A stretch of 64,000 bases of DNA from positions 352,001 through 416,000 of the forward strand of contig CBDEUS010000001.1 in the NCBI GenBank assembly GCA_965243395.1, given 5' to 3'. The translations under genes and the position numbers were made by a program. This DNA comes from Gammaproteobacteria bacterium. GTDB taxonomy: Bacteria; Pseudomonadota; Gammaproteobacteria; UBA4575. Each line of letters begins with the position of its first letter. Positions within the stretch are counted from its first letter, which is position 1. Under the pieces are notes generated by a model that worked only from the letters and a program-made list of their open reading frames with translations, searched no databases and had not been told where the DNA came from. Of this stretch, positions 43,090 to 56,071 are shown piece after piece.

Positions 43090-44022
43090 TTAGGTTAATA
43101 GTTCACTTATTTTAATGGCTGTTTGCAATGCGCGCTTGGCATCTTGTCCTGTTACTTTAGGAGTTGTCTGATTTTCAATACAATCTAAAAAATGTTCTAT
43201 TTCTGTCTTTAATGCGTCAGCTTCATTAAAATTATTTTTATCAATCTCAATATTAGGGATTCCAGGATACATTTCACTATTCCCTTTACGGTAGATTGCA
43301 AGTTCACGATTTTGAAAATCGACAGATAAATATGCATCATGTTGAAAAATTCGCATTTTACGATCTGTTTTATTACTTACTCGACTGGCCGTAACATTTG
43401 CGACGCATCCGTTTTCAAACACAATACGGGCATTAACAATATCAATATCATTTGAAAGTACAGATGTCCCGCTTGCGTCTATTTTTTCGACTTCTGAATC
43501 AACAATATCTAAAATTATATCGATATCATGAATCATCAAATCAAGAACCACGCTCACCTCGGTACCACGGGGATTGTATGGTGCTAGGCGATGTGACTCT
43601 ATAAATCGAACTGCAGAAATTTCTTTTTCGATAGCCAGAATAGCAGGATTAAACCGTTCAAGGTGACCTACTTGTAAAATGGAATTATTTTTTTTTGCTA
43701 ACTCTATTAGTTGCTCAGCTTGTTTCACATTGGTAGTAATGGGTTTTTCAACTAATACGTGAGTATGGTGATTTAAAAAATCAGCAGCAATTTCATAATG
43801 AAGGTCAGTGGGAACCACAATGCTAACGGCATCGACATTACCAAGTAATTCATGATAGTCACTTAAAGCCTCACAGCCTGCTTCTTTTGCGACTTTTTCT
43901 GCATTGTTAATGTCTTTGTCAACTACAGCAAGTAACTTGCTGTTTTTCAGTGCTGAATATTTTTGTGCATGAAATTTGCCTAAATATCCTACACCAATGA
44001 CGGCAGTTCGTATCTCTGACAC
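43090..44022 (-). CDS. gnnA: Gfo/Idh/MocA NAD-dependent oxidoreductase, probable GnnA
   Basis: IGVGYLG Rossmann fold, VEKP, VGHLERFNP, DLMIHDID; lpx context. Symbol inferred from context. Confidence 0.8.
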   Translation of the reverse strand: MSEIRTAVIGVGYLGKFHAQKYSALKNSKLLAVVDKDINNAEKVAKEAGCEALSDYHELLGNVDAVSIVVPTDLHYEIAADFLNHHTHVLVEKPITTNVKQAEQLIELAKKNNSILQVGHLERFNPAILAIEKEISAVRFIESHRLAPYNPRGTEVSVVLDLMIHDIDIILDIVDSEVEKIDASGTSVLSNDIDIVNARIVFENGCVANVTASRVSNKTDRKMRIFQHDAYLSVDFQNRELAIYRKGNSEMYPGIPNIEIDKNNFNEADALKTEIEHFLDCIENQTTPKVTGQDAKRALQTAIKISELLT

Positions 44023-44138
44023 TAGTTTTTAGGTATCCTTTTAATATGCTACAAAGTATACGAACTTTAAGTACCAAGACCTAACATTCATCCCATGCAA
44101 TAGTTCAATATTTAGCCAGTCTTGTTATACAGAAATTA

Positions 44139-44732
44139 ATGTCAATACAAAGTCTTGTATCAGAACATATCGCAGGTATAGATGAAGCTGGACGTGGCCC
44201 GCTTGCTGGTCCCGTTGTGGCAGCGTGTGTGATTTTGGAGCCTAATAGGCCTATTAATGACTTGGCAGACTCTAAGAGACTAAGCGCTAAGAAAAGAGAA
44301 GCTCTTTACGATGTAATTAAGTTAAACGCATATGCCTGGGGACTGGGATATGCAACTGCGAGCGAGATAGATAAAATCAATATTCATCAAGCAACTCTAC
44401 TGGCAATGTGTCGTGCATACTTTTCAATGCAGACAAATGCTAAACATGTTTATATAGATGGGCTACATTGTCCCAAGCTGCCTGTTCCATGCACCGCCGT
44501 TGTAAAGGGTGATCAAAAGGTAGCACAAATCAGTGCTGCTTCTATTCTTGCAAAGGTAACGCGTGATCGAGAAATGGAAAATCATCATCAAGATTTGCCC
44601 CAATATGGTTTCAATCAACACAAAGGTTATCCAACGGCTCAGCATATTGCCGCACTGAAAGAGTATGGTCCGTGTAAATTGCATCGTAAAAGCTATAAAC
44701 CAGTAAAAGATGTGCTCAGTATTACCAGTTAA
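44139..44732 (+). CDS. rnhB: Ribonuclease HII
   Basis: GIDEAGRGPLAGPV, DSK.LS, KGD, AASILAKVTRD, KGYPT. Confidence 0.97.
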   Translation: MSIQSLVSEHIAGIDEAGRGPLAGPVVAACVILEPNRPINDLADSKRLSAKKREALYDVIKLNAYAWGLGYATASEIDKINIHQATLLAMCRAYFSMQTNAKHVYIDGLHCPKLPVPCTAVVKGDQKVAQISAASILAKVTRDREMENHHQDLPQYGFNQHKGYPTAQHIAALKEYGPCKLHRKSYKPVKDVLSITS

Positions 44733-44757
44733 TTATTAAAGTTACTTAAAATTTATA

Positions 44758-47700
44758 ATGTCGCAATTTGTTCATTTGCATTTACACACTGAGTATTCAC
44801 TGGTAGACAGTATTGTGCGCGTGCCGCGCTTAATGAGGAAATTAAGTGACTCTGGAATGTCGTCGGTAGCACTAACTGATTTTAATAATTTATTTGCACT
44901 CGTTAAGTTCTACCAAGCCGCACTAAAAAATGGAATCAAACCTATTATAGGTGTTGAAGCGCAAATTACAGGTTTATCTTCCAAAGATCCTAATTCGCGA
45001 GTAGTTTTTTTATGTAAAAACAATCAAGGATACCAAACACTCACGAAATTAGTGACTAGAAGTTATCTCGATGGTCAGCGAGGAAGTGGACCTACTATAG
45101 AGCGTGATTGGTTGACAGATTTAGGAAATGATTTGATTGTTCTTTCTGGCGCTCGTGATGGTGATGTAGGTCGAGCAATTGTTGCTGGAAATAAAAAGTT
45201 AGCAGAAGAATATCTATTATTTTGGCGAGAACACTTCAAAAATAACTATTACATTGAATTACAGCGAACGGATAGAGAAGAGGAAGAACTATATAACCAT
45301 CTGGCTGTAGAACTAGCCACAAATCATTCATTGCCGGTTGTTGCGAGCAATGATGTGCGTTTTATTGAACAAAGTGAATTTGATGCCCACGAAGTTCGCG
45401 TTTGTATCCATACAAGTAGAATTCTTAACGACCCAAGACGTCCGAAGCTGTACTCACCGCAACAATATTTGCGAAGTAAAGAAGAGATGCTGGAATTGTT
45501 TGAAGACATACCCGAGGCCATAACAAATAGTGTCGAAATTGCAAAACGTTGCAATGTTACTTTGACGTTTGGCGATAATGTGCTGCCAGAATTTCCAATT
45601 CCTGAAACATATACTTTGCAACAGTACATGCGTGAGCAGGCCGAAAAAGGGTTGCAGAAACGTTTAAAAAAATTACACATTCAGGATCTAGATACAAACA
45701 AGGCATATATAGAACGTTTAGATGTCGAATTAGATGTAATCGATTCTATGGGTTATGCGGGCTATTTTTTAATCGTTGCTGATTTTACCCGTTGGGCAAA
45801 AGAAAATGCGGTACCCGTAGGGCCGGGCCGAGGTTCGGGTGCAGGTTCATTAGTGGCTTATGCGTTAGGTATTACCGATGTTGATCCGCTTAAGTACGAT
45901 TTACTCTTTGAACGCTTTCTCAATCCAGAGCGTGTATCTATGCCAGATTTTGATATCGATTTTTGCATGGATAATCGAGATCGCGTTATCGAGTATGTTT
46001 CACAACGTTACGGTCGAACGCGTGTAAGCCAAATCATTACTTATGGAAGTATGGCCGCTCGAGCTGTGGTTCGAGATGTGGGACGCGTATTAGGCCACCC
46101 TTATGGTTTCGTTGACCGAATTGCCAAACTTATTCCATTTGAAGTGGGGATGACATTGGAAAAAGCATTGGAGCGGGAGCCTGCTTTACAAGAGCAATAT
46201 AAAAACGAAGAAGACGTAAAAAGTGTAATCGATATGGCCTGCATTTTAGAAGGTTTAGCGCGCAATGCAGGAAAACATGCGGGCGGAGTAGTGATTGCGC
46301 CTACTGAGCTTACTGCATTTACACCACTATACTGTGAAGCAGGCGGCACAAACATTGTTACACAACTTGACAAAGATGATGTTGAGGCAATTGGCCTGGT
46401 TAAATTTGACTTTTTAGGCTTACGTACACTTACAATTATCGATAACACTGTTCGTTTAGTTAACGAAAAGTTGAAGCTACAAAATCAAAACTTGATTGAC
46501 GTGGATAATTTACCACTCGATGATCCAGCAACTTATGAAACTCTTAAACAACAAAAAACCACAGCAGTATTTCAACTTGAGTCCAGTGGTATTAAAGATA
46601 TCATCAAACGTCTTCAGCCAGATAAGTTTGATGATATTGTCGCATTAGTTGCCTTGTACCGGCCGGGACCACTGCAATCAGGCATGGTGGATGATTTTAT
46701 TTTACGTAAGCATGGCGCACGCGTAGATTATTTCCATCCAGATATCGAACATATATTACAACAAACCTATGGAGTCATCCTATATCAAGAGCAAGTAATG
46801 CAAATTGCTCAAGTGTTAGCGGGTTACACATTAGGAGGTGCTGATTTATTGCGTCGTGCAATGGGTAAAAAGAAACCTGAAGAAATGGCAAAACAAAGAG
46901 AAATTTTTGTTACCGGTGCCGTTGAACGGGGTGTAGCTAAAGCTTTAGCCAGTCATATTTTTGATTTGATGGAAAAATTTGCGGGTTATGGTTTTAATAA
47001 GTCGCATTCTGTTGCATATGCATTGTTGGCTTATCAAACCGCATGGCTGAAAACTCATTTTCCTGCAGAATTCATGTCTTCGGTGATGTCATCAGACCTA
47101 GATAATACGGACAAGGTCGTAAACTTGATTGATGAATGTCGCGGTATGAATATCGAAGTGCAGTCACCAAATATAAATCGTTCTAATTACAATTTTACCG
47201 TACCGGCCGAGAATATTGTTCTCTATGGATTGGGTGCTTTAAAAGGCGTGGGGCAGGCAGCGGTGGAGGAAATGGTAAGTGAAAGAATTGAAAATGGCGA
47301 ATTTCGAGATCTGGATGATTTTTGTATGCGATTAGGGCCGCAAAAAGTGAATCGCCGTTGTATCGAAGCGTTAATACGTGCAGGTGCGATGGATTGTTTT
47401 GGTTATACGCGAGCCAGTTTATTTCAACATTTAGATAAATCACTACGATTTGCAGAACAACGCCAGCGGGATAGCGAGGCTGGTCAGAACGATATGTTTG
47501 GTCATGCAGAAGTCAGCATGAAAACAAGTAAAGTCCAAGAAATACCTGAGTGGGAAGACGAAAGAAAATTACTGGGTGAAAGAGAAACGTTAGGGTTATA
47601 TTTAACCGGCCATCCTATAACGCGTTATCACGATGAGCTTAATAAAATTACCAGTAAGAACATTAAAGAGCTATTAGCTTATGGGAATGACCTAGCACCA

Positions 47701-48255
47701 CGCCATTCTTGGCAGGCGCGCGACGATTCTAAAACAGTGTTAGTTGCAGGGCTATTAGACCAAATAAGATTGAGGAATAGTCCTAAAGGCCGTATTGCTT
47801 TTCTATCTTTAGATGACAATACAGGGCGAATTGATGTCGCTGTATTTTCCGATGATTATGTAAAGTTTGATCATGTATTAATTAAAGATGCAATCTTAAT
47901 AATTAAAGGCAGTTTGGGTTGGGATGAATATACTGGTCGCGTACGTTTACGTGCTAATGATATATGGAGTTTTGATGAATATTTAAAACAATTTGGAGCA
48001 CTATTAAATATCAAAATAAAATCCAATAAAGACTCGTTAAACTGGGTCCAGGATTTACAACAACTGCTCTTACCTTTCAAGGACGGTAATTGCTCAATAA
48101 CAGTTGAATATCAAAATAACTCTATGGCGGCTCAATTTAAGTTTCCTGAAAACTGGAATATTTCTCTAGATGAAAAACTATTGAATCGCTTAAGTAAAGT
48201 ATCTGAGGTATTAGATACCAATGTCATATACAAGAAACAAGGTATTAATGCATAA
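44758..48255 (+). CDS. dnaE: DNA polymerase III alpha subunit
   Basis: [12 protein letters not shown] domain, [28 protein letters not shown] fold. Confidence 0.98.
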   Translation: MSQFVHLHLHTEYSLVDSIVRVPRLMRKLSDSGMSSVALTDFNNLFALVKFYQAALKNGIKPIIGVEAQITGLSSKDPNSRVVFLCKNNQGYQTLTKLVTRSYLDGQRGSGPTIERDWLTDLGNDLIVLSGARDGDVGRAIVAGNKKLAEEYLLFWREHFKNNYYIELQRTDREEEELYNHLAVELATNHSLPVVASNDVRFIEQSEFDAHEVRVCIHTSRILNDPRRPKLYSPQQYLRSKEEMLELFEDIPEAITNSVEIAKRCNVTLTFGDNVLPEFPIPETYTLQQYMREQAEKGLQKRLKKLHIQDLDTNKAYIERLDVELDVIDSMGYAGYFLIVADFTRWAKENAVPVGPGRGSGAGSLVAYALGITDVDPLKYDLLFERFLNPERVSMPDFDIDFCMDNRDRVIEYVSQRYGRTRVSQIITYGSMAARAVVRDVGRVLGHPYGFVDRIAKLIPFEVGMTLEKALEREPALQEQYKNEEDVKSVIDMACILEGLARNAGKHAGGVVIAPTELTAFTPLYCEAGGTNIVTQLDKDDVEAIGLVKFDFLGLRTLTIIDNTVRLVNEKLKLQNQNLIDVDNLPLDDPATYETLKQQKTTAVFQLESSGIKDIIKRLQPDKFDDIVALVALYRPGPLQSGMVDDFILRKHGARVDYFHPDIEHILQQTYGVILYQEQVMQIAQVLAGYTLGGADLLRRAMGKKKPEEMAKQREIFVTGAVERGVAKALASHIFDLMEKFAGYGFNKSHSVAYALLAYQTAWLKTHFPAEFMSSVMSSDLDNTDKVVNLIDECRGMNIEVQSPNINRSNYNFTVPAENIVLYGLGALKGVGQAAVEEMVSERIENGEFRDLDDFCMRLGPQKVNRRCIEALIRAGAMDCFGYTRASLFQHLDKSLRFAEQRQRDSEAGQNDMFGHAEVSMKTSKVQEIPEWEDERKLLGERETLGLYLTGHPITRYHDELNKITSKNIKELLAYGNDLAPRHSWQARDDSKTVLVAGLLDQIRLRNSPKGRIAFLSLDDNTGRIDVAVFSDDYVKFDHVLIKDAILIIKGSLGWDEYTGRVRLRANDIWSFDEYLKQFGALLNIKIKSNKDSLNWVQDLQQLLLPFKDGNCSITVEYQNNSMAAQFKFPENWNISLDEKLLNRLSKVSEVLDTNVIYKKQGINA

Positions 48256-48263
48256 TTACTATC

Positions 48264-49226
48264 ATGAATCCTGACTATCTTGATTTTGAACAACCTATTG
48301 TTGAGCTTGAGGCAAAAATTGATGAATTGCGTTTAGTCGAAAGTGACAATGAATTTAATCTCAATGAAGAAATCTCAAAATTGCAAGTCAAGTCACAAGG
48401 CTTAATCGAATCAATATTTTCTAATTTAAGTCCCTGGCAAGTTGCCCAGCTTGCACGTCATTCAAAAAGACCTTACACCCTTGATTATGTCGAAAGATTA
48501 TTTACCAATTTCGTCGAACTTCACGGTGATCGGATGTATGCGGATGATTCTGCTATCGTGTCAGGGGTTGCGAAATTTGAGGGAAAATCGGTTGCGATTA
48601 TAGGGCATCAAAAAGGACGAAATACTAAAGAAAACATCAAACGCAATTTTGGCATGCCACGACCCGAGGGTTATCGCAAAGCTTTGCGTATTATGGAATT
48701 AGCAGAAAGATTTAAAATGCCTATTTTAACTTTTATCGACACCCCGGGTGCATATCCTGGCATTGGTGCAGAGGAACGTGGCCAAAGTCAGGCAATTGCT
48801 TTGAATTTGGAGCGAATGTCATCCCTACGTGTACCTATTATATGTACCGTTATAGGTGAAGGCGGATCTGGTGGAGCATTAGCAATCGGGGTTGGCGATC
48901 ATTTAGCGATGCTTAGTTACAGCACCTATTCTGTTATTTCTCCGGAAGGGTGTGCTTCGATTTTATGGAAAGATGCCGCTAAAGCTGAAGATGCTGCGAT
49001 AGCGTTGGGAATTACGGCACCACGTTTAAAAGAGCTGGGCTTAATTGATGAAATCATTGAAGAGCCTCTAGGTGGGGCGCATCGAGATATTGATTTGACA
49101 TCTGAAAATGTTCGCCAGTCTCTTACTAAGAGCTTGGATAGGCTCCAATCTCAATCTATTGATCAGTTGATGTCCACCCGCTTTAAAAGACTCACATCTT
49201 ATGGAGAATACAAAGAATCTAGTTAG
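48264..49226 (+). CDS. accA: Acetyl-CoA carboxylase carboxyltransferase alpha
   Basis: [40 protein letters not shown]. Confidence 0.98.
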   Translation: MNPDYLDFEQPIVELEAKIDELRLVESDNEFNLNEEISKLQVKSQGLIESIFSNLSPWQVAQLARHSKRPYTLDYVERLFTNFVELHGDRMYADDSAIVSGVAKFEGKSVAIIGHQKGRNTKENIKRNFGMPRPEGYRKALRIMELAERFKMPILTFIDTPGAYPGIGAEERGQSQAIALNLERMSSLRVPIICTVIGEGGSGGALAIGVGDHLAMLSYSTYSVISPEGCASILWKDAAKAEDAAIALGITAPRLKELGLIDEIIEEPLGGAHRDIDLTSENVRQSLTKSLDRLQSQSIDQLMSTRFKRLTSYGEYKESS

Positions 49227-49263
49227 ATGATTTGGCATTCAAAATTTGTGACAGATTAATCTA

Positions 49264-50541
49264 ATGTCTTTTCCAATTTCGTTATTGCAACGATTTTTTT
49301 CTGATTACCAACATCTAGTAAAATTTTATGTCGCCTACAGCGGGGGCTTGGATTCAACTGTGCTGTTGCATGCAATGCACACGGAAAAATTACCAATTCA
49401 TGCTATACATGTAAATCATCATTTACAAAAGGAATGTGATAGTTGGCAAAAACACTGTGAAGCAGTTTGTAAACAATGGGGAATTGCAATTTCAATTAAA
49501 CATGCTGAAATCCAAAATATTCCGCAAAAGAGTTTAGAAGATCTTGCAAGAGACGCTCGTTATAAACTGCTGGAAGAAATGTTGGATTCAAACTCAGCGA
49601 TTGTTACAGCTCATCATCAAGATGATGTGGCTGAAACCATTTTATTGCAACTTCTTCGTGGTTCAGGACCGGCAGGACTTGCCGCTATGCCGGAAGTTAA
49701 AAAGCTAATCCGCGGTTTTCATCTACGGCCAATGCTTCGCGTTAGTCGTAAAGAACTTTTATCTTATGCAAATGAACATGGATTAGATTGGGTAGATGAT
49801 CCCAGTAACAATGAATGTGATTTTGACCGTAATTATTTGCGTAATGAAGTGTTACCAAAAATAATCAAGCGTTGGCCAGCCGCACAAAAAACTTTGGCTA
49901 GATCCGCTGAATTACAGGCACAGACGCTAAGTTGTTTACATGAACTTGCCAAAATAGATCTTCGAGAATCTAATACTGATGAAAGTAATATTCTTGAAAT
50001 TTCTACATTGCAGGCGCTTAGTGATGAAAGATTAAGCAATGTGCTGCACTATTGGATTCAATCACACAATTTGCGCACACCGAGTAGAAAAATTTTGCAA
50101 CAAGTAATATCCGATATTGTTCGCAAGCAAGAGATCGAAACATCACCTATGCAATCGTGGAAAGAAGGCGAAATCAGGCGTTTTCAAAACCGCTTGTACT
50201 TGATGGAGCACTTATCAATGCATGACCCTAGTCAAGAGTTTCGATGGAAAATTAATCAACCATTGTTTATTGAAAGTCTCAATCGAACATTGTTACCTCA
50301 AGAACTGATAGAAAATAATATTGCTGTGCCTGAAGGAGCCAATGAGCTAATCGTACGATTTAGACAGGGTGGCGAGCGATTAAAGCTGGTTGGCCAAACT
50401 CAGCATAGGTCATTGAAAAATTTACTTAATCAAGCAGGGGTGCCACCATGGGAACGCTCCCGAATTCCGTTGCTATATCATGGTGATCAGCTAATTTCAG
50501 TGTTAGGTTATTGGAATGTGGATCAATTTTGTGAAACATAA
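49264..50541 (+). CDS. tilS: tRNA(Ile)-lysidine synthetase
   Basis: AYSGGLDS PP-loop, TAHHQDDVAET, DPSN, RNYLR, PPWER. Confidence 0.96.
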   Translation: MSFPISLLQRFFSDYQHLVKFYVAYSGGLDSTVLLHAMHTEKLPIHAIHVNHHLQKECDSWQKHCEAVCKQWGIAISIKHAEIQNIPQKSLEDLARDARYKLLEEMLDSNSAIVTAHHQDDVAETILLQLLRGSGPAGLAAMPEVKKLIRGFHLRPMLRVSRKELLSYANEHGLDWVDDPSNNECDFDRNYLRNEVLPKIIKRWPAAQKTLARSAELQAQTLSCLHELAKIDLRESNTDESNILEISTLQALSDERLSNVLHYWIQSHNLRTPSRKILQQVISDIVRKQEIETSPMQSWKEGEIRRFQNRLYLMEHLSMHDPSQEFRWKINQPLFIESLNRTLLPQELIENNIAVPEGANELIVRFRQGGERLKLVGQTQHRSLKNLLNQAGVPPWERSRIPLLYHGDQLISVLGYWNVDQFCET

Positions 50542-50589
50542 TCTTGAGCTGTGAAACCAAATTAATAGCAGCTTATTGCTATAGGCAGA

Positions 50590-50618
50590 TTGAGGTTAAG
50601 CTCTTCATTTGATACGCT
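50590..50618 (+). promoter_or_regulatory. Candidate sigma70 promoter of pyrG
   Basis: TTGAGG-17 nt-TACGCT with an extended TG; followed by TTTCTCCCG start region. Confidence 0.55.
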
Positions 50619-50709
50619 TTTCTCCCGTCTTGAATACATTCTCTACTAATCTTTCGCGCTAATGAGTACTTCCCTCTTGGTGTGTGAGCTTAGTGTTAGC
50701 GAGGGCTAA

Positions 50710-52431
<1,722 letters not shown>

Positions 52432-53271
52432 ATGAAAATCTGTGACTTTGAAGTAGGGCTAAAGCAGCCCTTTTTCTTGATTGCCGGACCATGTGTTATA
52501 GAAAGCATAGAGTTGGCGCGAGATTCTGCGGGTACGCTACAAGAAATCACTCAGACATTAGATATTCCATTCATATATAAATCTTCTTTTGATAAAGCAA
52601 ATCGGTCTTCAATTGAGAGTTTTCGTGGATTAGGAATGGAACAGGGATTGCAAATTCTTGCGCAAGTAAAAAAAGAATTGAATCTACCGGTTCTTACTGA
52701 TGTGCATGAAGACACACCTTTAGATGAAGTTGCTGAAGTAGTAGATGTATTACAAACACCCGCTTTTTTATGTCGACAAACAAATTTTATTCAACGCGTG
52801 TCGGCGACTAATCTTCCAGTAAATATCAAGAAAGGCCAATTTTTATCCCCAGTTGAAATGAAACATGTAGTAAAGAAAGCTAAAGCTCAGGGGAATGAAA
52901 ATATAATGGTATGCGAACGAGGTGCTTCATTTGGATATAACAATCTAGTATCGGATATGCGTTCATTAGTGATCATGCGTGATACCGGATGCCCAGTGGT
53001 ATTCGATGCAACCCATTCAGTACAATTACCTGGAGGGAATGATGGTAGCTCAGGAGGTCAGAGTGAGTTTGTCCCTGTGTTAGCCAGAGCGGCTATAGCA
53101 AGCGGTGTGTCAGGATTATTTATAGAAACTCACCCAAACCCTGAGTTAGCAAAGAGTGATGGCCCAAACTCATGGCCATTGTCTAAAATTAAAGCGTTGT
53201 TAGAACAATTGAAAGAAATTGATCAAATTGTAAAACGTTCAGGTTTTATCGAACAGGAAGTAATGAACTAA
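52432..53271 (+). CDS. kdsA: KDO 8-phosphate synthase
   Basis: [30 protein letters not shown]. Confidence 0.97.
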   Translation: MKICDFEVGLKQPFFLIAGPCVIESIELARDSAGTLQEITQTLDIPFIYKSSFDKANRSSIESFRGLGMEQGLQILAQVKKELNLPVLTDVHEDTPLDEVAEVVDVLQTPAFLCRQTNFIQRVSATNLPVNIKKGQFLSPVEMKHVVKKAKAQGNENIMVCERGASFGYNNLVSDMRSLVIMRDTGCPVVFDATHSVQLPGGNDGSSGGQSEFVPVLARAAIASGVSGLFIETHPNPELAKSDGPNSWPLSKIKALLEQLKEIDQIVKRSGFIEQEVMN

Positions 53272-53289
53272 GAATAACAAGGAATTTAA

Positions 53290-54567
<1,278 letters not shown>

Positions 54568-54570
54568 GTT

Positions 54571-54864
54571 GTGAAAGTCATCATAATAATCCTTAGTGTG
54601 CTTTTCTTTTTATTGCAATATAAATTGTGGTTTGGTGATGCGAGTGTGAGTGATGTTATGGAACTTAAACAAACGATCAAAGAGCAACAAGCTAGGAATG
54701 AGCAAATAAAACAACGCAATGCAGTACTTGCTGCGGAAGTTGAAGATCTCAAAACAGGTCTTGAGGCTATTGAAGAACGCGCAAGAAGTGAGTTAGGTAT
54801 GATAAAAAAAGATGAAACCTTTATTCATATCGTAGAAGGTGACTCGAAAGAAAAAAACAAATAA
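54571..54864 (+). CDS. ftsB: Cell division protein FtsB
   Basis: LQYKLWFG, coiled coil, AIEERARSELGMIK; eno-ftsB-ispD synteny. Confidence 0.95.
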   Translation: MKVIIIILSVLFFLLQYKLWFGDASVSDVMELKQTIKEQQARNEQIKQRNAVLAAEVEDLKTGLEAIEERARSELGMIKKDETFIHIVEGDSKEKNK

Positions 54865-55583
54865 TGATGACCGCAGCATTGCGATACTGGGCTATTATTC
54901 CCGCAGCTGGGATTAGCCATCGAATGGGGTCCACTACACCAAAACAATATTTACCTATCCATAATACAACGGTTATCGAGGCTTCATTAAACTGTTTTTT
55001 AAATCACCCTAAAGTAAGTGGTGTGGTTGTGGCATTACATAAAGAAGATCAGAACTGGGGCAAGCTTGATATAGATAATAATCAGAAAATACACACAGTA
55101 GTAGGCGGCGAATCTCGAGCTGACTCGGTGATAAATGCAGTCGAGTATTTGAAAAAAACTCCTGCAAAAGACACAGATTTTGTATTAGTGCATGATGCTG
55201 CACGTCCGTGTTTACGATGCAGTGATTTAGATTTGTTGATTTCAAAACTGGAAAATGACGAGGTAGGAGGGATTCTGGCTTCGACCGTCAGTGATACCCT
55301 GAAGCAGGCAAAAAGCAAAGAACTAACTTTTAACGTCGTAAGTGAAACGCTAGATCGCAACAAAGTATGGCGCGCATTCACTCCTCAAATGTTTCGGCTC
55401 AAATTCTTAAAACAAGCACTTGCTCATTGTTCAGAGAAAAATATCACGATTACGGATGAGGCATCTGCTATAGAAGCCATAAAATTGCCTGTCAAACTTG
55501 TAAAAGGGCATAGTGATAACATTAAAATCACACATCAAGAAGATTTAGAACTTGCAGAATTGATTTTGAAGAAACGAGAATGA
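54864..55583 (+). CDS. ispD: 2-C-methyl-D-erythritol 4-phosphate cytidylyltransferase
   Basis: IPAAG..RMG..PKQY, VHDAARP, TPQMF, TDEASA, NIKIT. Confidence 0.96.
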   Translation: MMTAALRYWAIIPAAGISHRMGSTTPKQYLPIHNTTVIEASLNCFLNHPKVSGVVVALHKEDQNWGKLDIDNNQKIHTVVGGESRADSVINAVEYLKKTPAKDTDFVLVHDAARPCLRCSDLDLLISKLENDEVGGILASTVSDTLKQAKSKELTFNVVSETLDRNKVWRAFTPQMFRLKFLKQALAHCSEKNITITDEASAIEAIKLPVKLVKGHSDNIKITHQEDLELAELILKKRE

Positions 55584-55585
55584 TA

Positions 55586-56071
55586 ATGACAAGAGTAGGA
55601 TTTGGTTACGACTCTCACCGCTTCAATAGCGGTGAATTTATCATGCTTGGGGCAGAAAAAATTCCATTTGAAAAGGGATTGGATGCGCATTCAGATGGTG
55701 ATGTATTGCTGCATGCATTATGTGATGCCTTATTGGGTGCAGCTGCAATGGGAGACATTGGCAAACATTTTCCAGATAGTGATCCTGATTACAAAGATAT
55801 CGATAGCAGTTCTCTGGTAGCAAAAGTTATTCAAGAACTAGAAAATAAAAATTTTAAAGTGGGCAATATTGATTGCACAGTCATTCTAGAAAAGCCAAAG
55901 TTAGTTTCATATATACCTGCTATGCAGAAAAATATTAGTACTTTAGTCAATACTTCTTTAACAAATGTAAATGTTAAAGCCACAACCAATGAGAGCATGG
56001 GCTTTATCGGGCGCGGAGAAGGAATTGCTGCATACGTTGTTATTACATTGCTGCAAGAAAATGTTAATTAA
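55586..56071 (+). CDS. ispF: 2-C-methyl-D-erythritol 2,4-cyclodiphosphate synthase
   Basis: RVGFGYDSH, HSDGDVLLHA, GDIGKHFPD, VKATT.E.MG; start at 55580 or 55586. Confidence 0.96.
   Translation: MTRVGFGYDSHRFNSGEFIMLGAEKIPFEKGLDAHSDGDVLLHALCDALLGAAAMGDIGKHFPDSDPDYKDIDSSSLVAKVIQELENKNFKVGNIDCTVILEKPKLVSYIPAMQKNISTLVNTSLTNVNVKATTNESMGFIGRGEGIAAYVVITLLQENVN

Noticed and set aside
40785-44138. Recombinase-driven invertible switch
   Set aside because: No terminal inverted repeats or invertase found; kept only as a fixed inversion or replacement
44758-48255. Intein or insertion in dnaE
   Set aside because: Normal length (1165 aa) and no splice motifs seen
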